DNA of 21,904 nt from Octopus sinensis (GCF_006345805.1 NW_021823621.1:1-21904); one strand, 5' to 3'. Shown: positions 1-10,537, counted from the stretch's first letter. A program made the numbers and translations. The notes: generated from the letters alone by a model not told the origin.

Positions 1-17
1 ATATCAATCTCTGCCAT

Positions 18-141
<124 letters not shown>

Positions 142-321
142 CCCATGCCCCTCTCTATTTGACTATCTGTCTACCTGCGCCACCTGCCTCCTGCTTTAGT
201 AATATGTATACTAGGTATATGTTGGTATACATTAGTTGTTCGAATTCGAAGTTTACTTTGGCTGTCATCTATATTAACAACTCTTGAAAATTTTCCGGGG
301 AAATATACATGCCTACAGGAT

Positions 322-1229
322 CTTTACTTTTACCTTCACTTTTTGAAATTTTAGAATTAAGTGAAATTTTTACATGTTTGGTATACTGATGTAATTTTTC
401 AAGTTGAATCTGACGACGCTGTTCATTTGTTTCAGAAGAGTTGTTTTTTTTTGAAAATTACAGAAGTTTAAAGTTTGATAATTTTTATCCATTCAGAAAA
501 CGGGATTTTGGAAGCTGTCATTTTGTACGTGACAACATGATAACTAAACTATCGTGAGATTACGACAGGAAAACATTCAATGACGGAAGTTCTAATAAGT
601 TTCAAGCGACATTTAATTAGTTTTTAATGCGAAAAATGACCAAGAAAATAAAAAAAAAATTAATAACATATTTTGTAGCGAAATCGGGAAATTACGAAAT
701 AAACAAAAATGAACAAAAAAAAAAACAACAAAAAACAAAAACAAAAACAAAAACTGTATTTCAGTGTGTAAATACAGCACGAATAGCAAAAATTCAAAAA
801 CGAAAGTTTGCGATGCACTTTAGGATTTTGTCAAATAAATTGCTATTTTCGTATCTTCTGCGTCACATAAACTCGCAGAGATACGAACCAACGTTGGGTG
901 CCACAGCGTCGTTTATTACTTCACTTATCAGAGGTCTATATGCTTTCCACTTGTTGCATGTGGGTACCATCTTACGAGATAATTAACTTAACGCTGAGTA
1001 CGCAGGTTACAGAACAACGTGGCTTGTTATGGAAACAGACACCCATATATCTGTGGATTTCGGTTGGTGAAAATTACCAAAAATTTGAAAACTTTAAAAG
1101 CTATCAAATTTTTATTTATTAGTTTGTCGCATAAAATGAATTTCATTCCCGTTATTAGCATACAAAACTACATCAATACACCAAATCTGAAATCAAATAG
1201 AGCAAAATTAAGGAGGTGAAAAGTGAAAG
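322..1229. mobile_element. Old non-autonomous DNA transposon relic with long imperfect terminal inverted repeats
   Basis: 377-398 tttggtatactgatgtaatttt matches the reverse complement of 1164-1185 at 19/22. 322-337 resembles rc of 1212-1229, and ~465-500 resembles rc of ~1057-1095, in colinear inverted order. Termini and TSD are not resolved. Confidence 0.45.
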
Positions 1230-1384
1230 GCAAACCAAAAAGATGTCACCTATATATTTTGCCCTCATTAACCATTGCACAGTACGAACGCAGGCATGTG
1301 CGCGCGCGCGCACACACACATACACACACACAAACACACACACACATAAACATACATGTATATATAGATAGATATATCACGTAC

Positions 1385-1662
1385 TTTCCCGTCGTTAAAC
1401 GGCGTATGAGGGTTCGGCAATTTCTTGCCGAACAATCACACAGATAATTTGCTTATAGCCAATAAATGTTTGTGTACACATAAGCTCAGTTCCTCCATCA
1501 AATCGACATCAAAACAAAAACAATTGCAGCGTGGAAGGTGTTTATAAGCCATTTAAAAATTCACAATAACTGTTAGATTCACTTCAATATTTAAACTTAA
1601 TTTGTCAAAATATTTTCGTCGCTTTGAAACCGCGAGCTGTTCACTGACAAAATTGCGTGCTG
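1385..1662 (-). mobile_element. Probable solo Penelope-like pseudo-LTR / retrozyme-like repeat carrying a hammerhead-like motif
   Basis: Non-microsatellite block containing a minimal hammerhead fold (1599-1654, minus) and a perfect 9-bp hairpin (1412-1433). Minimal type I hammerheads are an established hallmark of Penelope-like pLTRs. Boundaries are approximate. Confidence 0.5.
1599..1654 (-). ncRNA. Minimal type I hammerhead ribozyme-like motif, G3-C8 core variant
   Basis: Minus strand reads aattttgtca-GTGAACA-g(c)tcgc-ggtttcaaa-gcgac-GAA-AATATT-T-tgacaaatt. Stem I is tttgtca/tgacaaa, stem II is g.tcgc/gcgac, stem III is the 6-nt palindrome AATATT, and the cleavage triplet is UUU. Confidence 0.6.
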
Positions 1663-1671
1663 AATATACAT

Positions 1672-1991
1672 GAGTGGAGTAAAAATAATAATAAAAAAAT
1701 GTAGAAATTGAAAATGCCTGAGAACTAAAATGTTGCTATGTTTTATAACTAGAAAAATGCTAAATTTTCGCTGAGATCAATCTAGGACATTTACTCCCTC
1801 AAGCCCCCTAAACTTCGAAAGTGGGGGATTTTTGTGAACTTTTAAAAATAGTGGAGTTTGTGGGGTTTGTGGGAGTAAAAGCCCTCGACTCATCTAAGCG
1901 AAAATTTAGCATTCTTCTAGTAATAATATATAGCAAGATTTTAGGCCCCAGGAATATTCAATTTCCACAATTCTTTATTTTCATTCCACCC
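1672..1991. mobile_element. Palindromic MITE, copy 1 (about 140-bp imperfect inverted arms)
   Basis: ctagaaaaatgctaaattttcgct (1749-1772) pairs with agcgaaaatttagcattcttctag (1897-1920); tttactccc pairs with gggagtaaa. The right end is ...ccaccc followed by TA. Confidence 0.8.
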
Positions 1992-2036
1992 TAGATTACA
2001 CAATGTATATAACCGCATACACATACATGTGTGTTA

Positions 2037-2528
<492 letters not shown>

Positions 2529-2913
2529 CTCTTTTACTCTCTTTTACTTGTTTTTACTTGTTTCATGACTGTGGCCATGCTAGAGCACCGCCTTTAGTCG
2601 AGCAAATCGACTACAGGACTTATTCTTTGTAAGCCTAGTACTTATTCTATCGGTCTCCCTTGCCGAACCGCTAAGTTACGGGAACGTAAACACACCAGCA
2701 TCGGTTTTCAAGTGACGTTGGGGGGACAAACACATACACACAAACATATATATATATATACATATATAAAACGGGCTTCTGTCAGTTTCCGTCTACCAAA
2801 TCCACTCACGAGGCTATTGTAGAAGACACTTGCCCAAGGTGCCACGCAGTGGGAGTGAACCCGGAACCATGTGGTTGGTAAGCAAGCTACTTACCCCACA
2901 GCCACTTCTGCGC
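2529..2913 (-). mobile_element. tRNA-derived SINE family A (CORE-like; resembles octopus OR2-type), near full length
   Basis: Minus strand has a Pol III A box (tggctgtggggt), B box (ggttcactccc), CORE-like caccttgggcaagtgtctt, an internal (TA)/(TG) tract and an aaacaagtaaaa/gagtaaaa tail. It is homologous to 15232-15660 and 21728-21904. Confidence 0.9.
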
Positions 2914-3231
2914 TTGTTGAAAGAAAATTGAAAAAATTTGGATTGAACAAGAAAGAATACGGCTGGACATTTATTTTCAATCACTACAATTGTTTCTACG
3001 CAACTTAGTTCCCCAGGCATGCAGGTACTTGATTATGCAACTGCTTTCCTGCATTATTTGAACTAGTTGTGTTTCCTCAGGCGATATGCAAATATCGTCT
3101 CCGTAAGTTCAAATTCTCGTCTTCAAGACCATCCTCTACGTCTGTCGTGGCCTGGAGTTAGTAGTAGCCACTGAGTTTATATATATTTATGTGTATATTT
3201 GTGTCTGTGTGTATAAAATACTATCTTCAAA

Positions 3232-3324
3232 ACTTTGGCTCAAGGCCAGCAAGTTCGTGTGAGAAGGCAAGTCGATTACATCAGCTTCAGTGCTCAACTG
3301 GTACTTATTTTATCGACCCCGAAA
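3232..3324 (-). mobile_element. SINE family B fragment (3' part)
   Basis: aagtcgattacatc...actggtacttattttatcgaccccgaaa matches the copies at 9206-9419 and 18567-19200. Confidence 0.75.
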
Positions 3325-3338
3325 TATATATACATATA

Positions 3339-3483
3339 TACGACGGGCTTCTTTAAATTTCCGCCTACCAAATCTGCTGGCAAGGCTCCGGTCGATAAGA
3401 GGCTATAGTAGAAGACACTTGTCCAAGGTGTCACGCAGTGGGACTGAAACCGCAAGCATGCGGTTGAAAAGCAAGCGTCTTAA
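3339..3483 (-). mobile_element. SINE family A fragment (5' half, diverged)
   Basis: cgacgggcttcttt...aggctatagtagaagacacttgtccaaggtgtcacgcagtgggactgaa is homologous to 2772-2890. Confidence 0.85.
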
Positions 3484-4980
3484 GACCTGTTTTTAAGAGA
3501 ATTTTCCTTCTTCTGTTGGTATTGCCATTTATTGAATAGAACCCTTAAACAATTTAGCAATATTCTCATCACTTCTAGAGTTTCTCTAATTCTGTAATAA
3601 GTTCCGATAAATTAATTTGTCCTGTTTATAGCCTATTTTCGTGTATTTAATCGATTCAGATCATAAGCTCTCGGGATTAGATGCACGTACGTAATTGCAA
3701 AAATACTTTGATATAAATTACTGTCCTTATATTCAAATAAATTCTCTATTTTTAACACTATATTAAAAGATGAAATACTCAATATTGACCTTTTCTCTAA
3801 ATATGTTATTCAACGGCCCTATTTTCAAAATTTACGCTCGCTCTTTAATTTTAAATTTTAAGAAAATTTCTAACCATTGAGCTGTTTACTTTATCTAAAT
3901 ATATTATTTAATGGCCACCCGCCTTCTTCTTGAATCCCTTCCACTCATTCTCCCAACCCTTTTAATTTTCTGTTTCTTTTCTGTTCTCTTAAAGTTCTTT
4001 CTTTCTAATTTCGTTGATTTTTCTCCTAAGTTGTGAAGAATTCAAAGAAAAATTAAACAAGACTATAAAATTATATATATGTATATATATATATATATAT
4101 ATATAAGTACAAATATTAAAGCCTCTATTCTCGAAGCGTTGAGTTCTTTATTTGGTTTGTGTCTGTTCTTTTCTTTTTGTTATGTATCGACGTGGGTGTT
4201 TTATGATGTGATATTATTCAGTGTAAAACGAGATGAAACGCTTTGATCTATCCGCTATTTAATGGAATGGCTTCATCAAAGTTAGAAAATACGAATTCGG
4301 TTAACTTACCCTGAAGTTTTTTTTTCAAAAGATGAAATATCTTTATTATTTTTCTATGTTCTTGGAACTTTTCAAAATGTCTACATTTGCTGTTAATTTC
4401 AGATCTAATGTTTAAATAATCCGTTTGCATTTGAGATCGTTTCTTTCAGAAATACACATGATTAAAGTTGTAACGTCATTACCTGATTAAAGGGAATGAA
4501 TATAAAAAAACACTTCTGGAAAATATTGACAAATGCTACTGTGAAAGGCCGCAGCTAAGCAGAAGTCAACATTTCTCTCCAAATTAATAAGAAGTAAGAA
4601 CATTTATGGTGAACTACTTTGAAACTTAAAACTTGTCTACTCAGATAGAAATTATTATTTAGACACGCGTGTCTATGTTAATAAGGTTTTAACTATATCT
4701 GGGGTTTTCAATTAAGGAAATGGTATTTTAGCATATAGTGTGTAAATTCATTATAGCTGCAAAAATGGTCATAGCTTGCCTAAAATTCGACGTGTACATG
4801 TAATCTTTACATGTAGTTGTATAACTCCGATGACGGAGATATTCTTCTCACTCAAGCACCAATTCTTTCTTGTAGAATAATTTCAAAAATTACGACAAAC
4901 ATACATATATATGTGCATATGTATATATATATGTATATATGTATTCATGTATGTATATACATATGAATGCATACACATAC

Positions 4981-5026
<46 letters not shown>

Positions 5027-5056
5027 GAAAGAATGGAGTTGAACAGCGATTTAACA

Positions 5057-5160
5057 AAATTCCTTTATTCTCGACATATGTTTCGAAGGCTGCATATTCC
5101 TAATTTCGAAGAATAAGGGGTGTATTATGCCGCCTTCTCATCAGGAAAAACAAGGAACTT
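5057..5160 (-). ncRNA. Type I hammerhead ribozyme (intact core)
   Basis: Minus strand reads ttccttgtttttc-CTGATGA-gaaggcggcata...tatgcagccttc-GAA-ACATATGT-C-gagaataaaggaa. It has the canonical CUGAUGA/GAAA core, a 12-bp stem II with one mismatch, palindromic stem III ACAUAUGU and a GUC triplet (predicted cut between plus coordinates 5073 and 5072). Confidence 0.85.
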
Positions 5161-5275
5161 ATGACAGCATCAAGATGAACAAAAGCTCTTAGATGACTGC
5201 CCACACGGAGCCCATATCGCTATGAGCTCCGTGTGGGCATCATCTAAGAGCTTTTGTTCATCTTGATGCTGACAT

Positions 5276-5380
5276 AAGTTCCTTGTTTTTCCTGATGAGA
5301 AGGCGGCATAATGCACCCCTTATTCCTTCGAAATTAGGAATATGCAGCCTTCGAAAGCTATGTCGAGAATAAAGGAATTT
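5276..5380 (+). ncRNA. Type I hammerhead ribozyme, sister copy with altered stem III
   Basis: CTGATGA at 5292-5298, gaaggc/gccttc stem II, GAAA at 5353-5356 and GTC at 5362-5364. Stem III reads AGCTATGT instead of the palindromic ACATATGT. Confidence 0.7.
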
Positions 5381-5562
5381 TGTTAAATCGTCGTTCAACT
5401 CCATTCTTTCATTTATTTGTATTAAAAAACACACAAATTTCCACACGAAAGCACGTGATCTCTGCCCTTGGCATGTAGCTTCAACCGTGTCTTTCTGACG
5501 TGAATTTGCTACACAGGTATCGGTTAACCGAATTATCCATACTAAGATAATTCATTCAACTA

Positions 5563-5566
<4 letters not shown>

Positions 5567-5609
<43 letters not shown>

Positions 5610-5932
5610 GTACAGGAATATATATACATATATATACAAATGCTATATTAACGTTATTATTTGAAGTTCAACAATAACAACAGAACATTTGCTAATGGGG
5701 CAACTCACACACTCACATATATACATATACATACATATATATACATACATACATACATGCATACACATATATACACTTATTCATAAACACACATGCACAC
5801 GTACACGCACATTTATGTTTACGCACATTTATACACAAATACACGCACACACACATATATACATATGTACATCCATACACGCACGTACACACCTAGACAC
5901 ACACCTACACGCACATGTTAATATCTTATATA
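5567..5932. repeat. Degenerate (TA)n/(CA)n/(CATA)n compound microsatellite region
   Basis: Read directly. Confidence 0.85.
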
Positions 5933-6356
5933 TACTTCCTGTACAACCAAAACTTATACAACGAGGCATTGCTGTTTATTTGACCAATGGTTTATATTCC
6001 GTTAGAAAGGAAAAGCCGAACGAAATCCCATAAACACATTCACACACACAAATGCAGACACATACTTAGACAGATTCATAGAATTCACACATTTCTTTGC
6101 ATACGCAGAGGAATCTGTGCGCATGCGCACACGTATACGAATATACATAAATTTATTTATGTATTTATTTCTATCTGTAAATGTTTTTAATGATTTTTAC
6201 CTTCAAAACAGTTACATAGATATATTGATCGGTGGAGAGGTTGATAGGCATACAGTTGATTGTTAGTTAGGTAGATAGAGAGATCGCTTTATAGATAGGT
6301 AGATAGATTAGCGAGAATGAATGATTGAGAGAAAGTAAGTTCGGTAAATTTACCTT

Positions 6357-6406
<50 letters not shown>

Positions 6407-6689
6407 TGTATGTATGTGTGTGTGAATGCGTGTGTGTGTATATGTATATGTGTGTGAGTGTGTGTCTGTGTCTGTGTGTAACTATATGTATGATTGTGTT
6501 TCAGTGTCTCTGTATGTGTGTGCGTGTGTGTGTGTATATATATATATATACATACATATGCATATGTAAGCATACAAATACATACATATATATATATATA
6601 TAACATTCATATATACACACACACTATATATATACTTACATATATACATTCATATATATATATATAGAAATATATATAATAATATATAG

Positions 6690-6744
<55 letters not shown>

Positions 6745-6768
6745 TAATATATATATATGTATGTATGT
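6357..6768. repeat. (TG)n followed by (TA)n compound microsatellite region
   Basis: Read directly. Confidence 0.9.
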
Positions 6769-7219
6769 CTGTAATTGATGCAAAATATCTATAGTGTGTG
6801 TTGCTTTTTAATATTCACGTTTGAAGATTGGTTTTACAGATGATGCTGGCGGCCATATTGTACAAAGTATTGGATGGAAGATATTGCGATGTATACGGTG
6901 TACTTGTATGAAATAAAAATGAATAAATAAATAAAAACGAAGAGCGATATACTGGTGACGGCAACGGCTGGATCAAAGAAAACGGTTGTCGTGGTGAAAC
7001 AGTGTATTAGCGCTGGTGATAGTGACGAATAGTGATGGTAATGGTTGTGATTTTGGTAGAGAGTGGCGGCGTTCGAGGCAGCCATATTGTAATCGTTCTG
7101 TATATTGGTTGAGAGAACGCTATATTGAGACGGCGCTGGTTAGGTGGATAAAGTAAATTATTGCAAACGATGACATGATCGTTGGTGATGCTACTGGTAG
7201 TGGCTATCTTGTTTCTGAG

Positions 7220-7622
7220 GTTGTTTAGTATAAGTTGTAGCTGTTGTTGTTGCTGTAGCAGTAGCTGTTGTTGTTGTTATTGTTGTTATTGTTGTAATAG
7301 TTGTTGTTGTTGTTGGTTAGATATGGTGGTATTGCAGGACATTTAATTCCTCTTTGAATTTCTCCTGAAATTGAATGTATAAAGCAGAAGAGATTGCGCG
7401 CGCGCATGAATGTGTGTGTGTGTGTGCATATACGTGTGAATGTGAACGTGTGTGTGTGTGTGTATGTGCGAATGTGCATGTGAGTATGTATGTGTATGTG
7501 CGAATGTGCATGTGTGTATGTATGTGTATGTAAATGTGATTTTACATGCGCGAGCGTGCGTGTGTGTGTATGCGTATTTGCATTCGTATGTGCGTGAGTA
7601 CGTGCGTGTGTGTATGTGCGCA
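7220..7622. repeat. (TTG)n then degenerate (TG)n tracts
   Basis: Read directly; a short unique island lies between them at ~7320-7395. Confidence 0.85.
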
Positions 7623-7751
7623 GAGCAAAGAAATAAAATTTAATTCCAAAAACGGTCGCTGTTTAGCGAGTGAACGCTCGAACTTCTTGAGATAGGAATC
7701 AAGTTAACTGTTCAATGATAATATTTAATGATGTTGATAATGATGAGGATA

Positions 7752-7999
7752 CTCCTCCTCCTTCCCCTCCTTCCCTCCCCTTCTTCCCACTCCCCCTTCT
7801 TTCCCCTTCTTTCCCCTTCTTTCCCCCCTCCTCCCCCCTTTCCCTCCTTCTCTTCCCTTCTCCTTTCATCCCCTCCACCACTCTCCTCCTTGCCTCCCCT
7901 CCATCCCCTCCACCACTCTCCTTGCCTCCCTTCCATCCATCCACCTCCCCTCCTCCCGCCACTTCTCCTCACCCCTATCTCCCCCTCCACCCCTTCTCT
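7752..7999. repeat. Polypyrimidine/polypurine low-complexity tract (C/T-rich on +)
   Basis: About 250 nt of almost exclusively C/T with many C3-C5 runs. Confidence 0.95.
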
Positions 8000-8079
8000 G
8001 AGAACGTAAAGAACTGAAAATAGCAATAATAATAATAATAATTAAATAATATAATAATAATAATATAATAATAATAATA

Positions 8080-8626
8080 AGTATCCTGATGCAGTACCAG
8101 GCAGTGGCTCGCATAGCTTCTCATCTTAACTGATTGGAAGTGTTATCATATACATTGATTTGTCTTGGTATAAAAGATGGGCTACAGCAAATATCTGCTC
8201 AATACCACAGATTTGCTTGTCAGTTGTTTGACCTTAACCAGCTGAGCATGTGCCTTAGTGGCTGACGATATGTGCATCTCTGATCATGAGCCGAAGTAGT
8301 GGGGGAGCATCATAGCCATATGTTGAGAGGAAATCTTTGGGGTTTGAATAATTCACATCTGGAAACAGGTGTTTCGTCCAACATCCTTAAACAACCCTTA
8401 TTCAGGGACCTTTTGAGCGGGATGGGCTACTCGACCTGAAGAAAATTCTAACTGGGCCCCACCTACAAGGTCATGAGCTGTTAATCTTGATATCAGATCG
8501 GCATGTTGCGCATATGATGCATGTGTCTGGTGTACCCTTATCAGACGGGTAGTCATGATGGGTATATTGGGCTTCGTATATTTGTATCCCAGTGTCACTT
8601 TGATGGCATGCACTGCTCTCTCACAC

Positions 8627-8627
<1 letters not shown>
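8080..8627. mobile_element. Interspersed repeat of uncertain class, bounded by (AAT)n on both sides
   Basis: Higher-GC complex block sharply delimited by (AAT)n arrays at ~8025-8079 and ~8628-8683. It resembles a common octopus repeat from memory and has no recognisable protein. Family and orientation are not assigned. Confidence 0.55.
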
Positions 8628-8684
<57 letters not shown>

Positions 8685-8686
8685 TA

Positions 8687-9205
8687 ATAAAAGGTATAGG
8701 CACGCTAGAAAACGTCACAGAAAATGAGAAAGCAACCATACTCTGGGATATACCAATACACACACATATAGAATTTAAGGCCAATAGGCCGGATATAGTG
8801 GTCAGAGATCACCAAGAATAAAAAAAAATGCTTTCTAATCGATGTATCAAAAGAAACGGAGAAACTTTCAAAATACAAAGATCTGGAAATAGAGGTCACT
8901 CGAATGTGGAGTCTGAAAACAGAAGCAATTCCTTTTATAGTAGGCGCATCAGGTATGATAAAAATTATTCAGACAAGTACATAACAAAAACACCAGGACT
9001 AACAGGTGTATATCGCATACAGAAAGTAACACTATTAGGCACTACGCACATCCTACGTAAAACACTTTCAATACAGTGAAAATGAGAGCATCACAACAAA
9101 CCACAGCACACACCCAAGGTATACAGAGCTGCGCTCGGTAGTGCAGTGAAAGTACGTGAAAAATATAAGACTACTGCATTATGATAATAATAATAATAAT
9201 AACAA
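8687..9205 (+). mobile_element. 5'-truncated R4/Dong-like non-LTR retrotransposon: pseudogenised restriction-like endonuclease (RLE) domain, 3'UTR and (TAA)n tail
   Basis: Joined frames give ENVTENEKATILWDIPIHTHIEFKANRPDIVVRDHQE*..CFLIDVS-KETEKLSKYKDLEIEVTRMWSLKTEAIPFIVGASGMIK/YSDKYITKTPGLTGVYRIQKVTLLGTTHILRKTLSIQ*. These are the LWD, RPD, ID, K..KY..L and P.vVGalG motifs of the PD-(D/E)xK RLE. There is a stop at 8819-8821 plus frameshifts. Confidence 0.9.
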
Positions 9206-9419
9206 TTCTTTCTACTACAGGCACAAAGCCTGAAATTTTGGGGAGAGGACTAGTCGATTACATCGACTCCAGTGTTTCACTGGTACATAATTTACTGACC
9301 CCGAAAGGATGAAAGGAAAAGTCAACCATAGCGGAATTTGTTGTCAAAACGTAAAGACGGATGAAATACTGCTGAGTATTTCGCCCGGCTACCTAACGAT
9401 TCTGTCAGCTCGTCGTCTT
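9206..9419 (-). mobile_element. tRNA-derived SINE family B (Meta/MESC-like central domain), near full length
   Basis: Minus strand has an A-box region (gagctgacagaatcgttag), a degenerate B box, and a central cctttcatcctttcggggtc...gtaccag. It is homologous to 18567-19200. Confidence 0.85.
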
Positions 9420-9506
9420 AATAGTAGTAGTAGTAGTAGTAGTAGTATATATATATATCTATATATATATATAATATATAATATATATATATATATATAT
9501 ATAATA

Positions 9507-10534
9507 TAATAACAAATTAATAAATAAAACATATGCATATATACATACATATATGTATGTACCTATATCTACATGTATATATACATGCATATATGGGTAC
9601 AGGCACCAAAAAAACGTCGAACGCAATGAGAAAGCCAATGAAATGGACATTTTTCTTAAACAACGAAAAAATAGAGTACAGGACATACAACACAAGGAAA
9701 ATTCCCCTTCTTCAGTCGCTTCTGTTTCATCTACTCCGCGTTTCGAAGGTCAAGGCGAGACACGACTTCGTTGAAACATTCCTTCCCGCAAAAAGCAAAT
9801 TAAATAAAATTTGAGATTTTTTTGCGGAGGGGTAAAAATGGTAACAAAAACAGGACAGTAAAGACTACAACTATTCCCTTTTTTCTCTCCCTTTCTCTTG
9901 CTCCTCCTCCTCCCTCCCATCGTTCCCAGTGACGAGAGCTCTGCTACTGTCTTTCTGACCTGGCTTCCTTCATGTGTGGATGGCTTTCCTGTCTCTCTCT
10001 TGCCGTCCTCAAAAGCGTTCATAATAATTTTTCTTTCGTTCTGGCTTAACAGCTCTCAATGTTTGTGTTACTGTTATTCTCCTTGTCCTGTCCTTTACTG
10101 TTTATATTTTGTACTGTCTTTACTGTCCTGTTTTTGTTACCATTTCTACCCCTCCGCAACAAAAATCTCAAATTTTATTTGATTTTCTTTTTGCGGGAAG
10201 GAATGTTTCAACTAAGTCGTGTCTCGCCTTGACCTTCGAAACGCGGAGTAGATGAAACAGAGGCGACTGAAGAAGGGGAAATTTCCTTGTGTTGTATGTC
10301 CTGTACTCTATTTTTTCGTTGTTTAAGAAAAATGTCCAGTTCCTTGGTTTTGTGTTTATGTTTTCGTTTCTCATTGTGTTCGACGTTTTTTTGGTGCCCT
10401 GTACCCATATATGCAGTATATATACATGTAATGTAGGTACGTACATATATGTATGTATATTATGCATATGTTTTATTTATTAATTTGTTATTACACGACA
10501 GAACGCACGCATCCATTTCTAAGTAAGTTTGTTC

Positions 10535-10537
<3 letters not shown>
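9507..10537. mobile_element. Long inverted repeat element (arms ~365 and ~385 bp, ~240-bp spacer, short unique tail) in (TA)n; probable Penelope-like pLTR inversion
   Basis: 9507-9870 is the reverse complement of 10109-10493; ORFs 9553+ and 10408- translate nearly identically. The right arm has an ~18-bp insertion, and (TA)n lies on both flanks. The inverted repeat is certain; the Penelope assignment is inference. Confidence 0.7.

Larger units (their letters stand above)
5019..5566. mobile_element. Inverted duplication of a Penelope-like pLTR/retrozyme unit (400-bp palindrome plus ~150-bp unique tail), inserted in (TA)n
   Basis: Arms 5019-5216 and 5221-5418 are reverse complements with about 9 differences by eye and a 4-nt loop (tcgc). 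Each arm contains a hammerhead core. (TA)n lies on both flanks. Confidence 0.75.

Noticed and set aside
627-986. 119-aa Lys-rich ORF
   Set aside because: It is driven by A-rich (AAAAAC)n low complexity inside a probable transposon relic, with no recognisable domain.
7699-8026. Pro-rich and Gly/Glu/Arg-rich ORFs
   Set aside because: They are artefacts of the polypyrimidine tract.
10195-10290. Third hammerhead ribozyme (ccttcGAAACGCGG ... CTGAAGAagggg)
   Set aside because: The half-motifs are in the wrong order for type I, and I cannot build stems I and III with an NUH site for type II; at best it is a relic.
9533-10467. Apparent duplicated gene pair (near-identical peptides on opposite strands)
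   Set aside because: This is a consequence of the DNA inverted repeat; there is no recognisable protein or splice structure.
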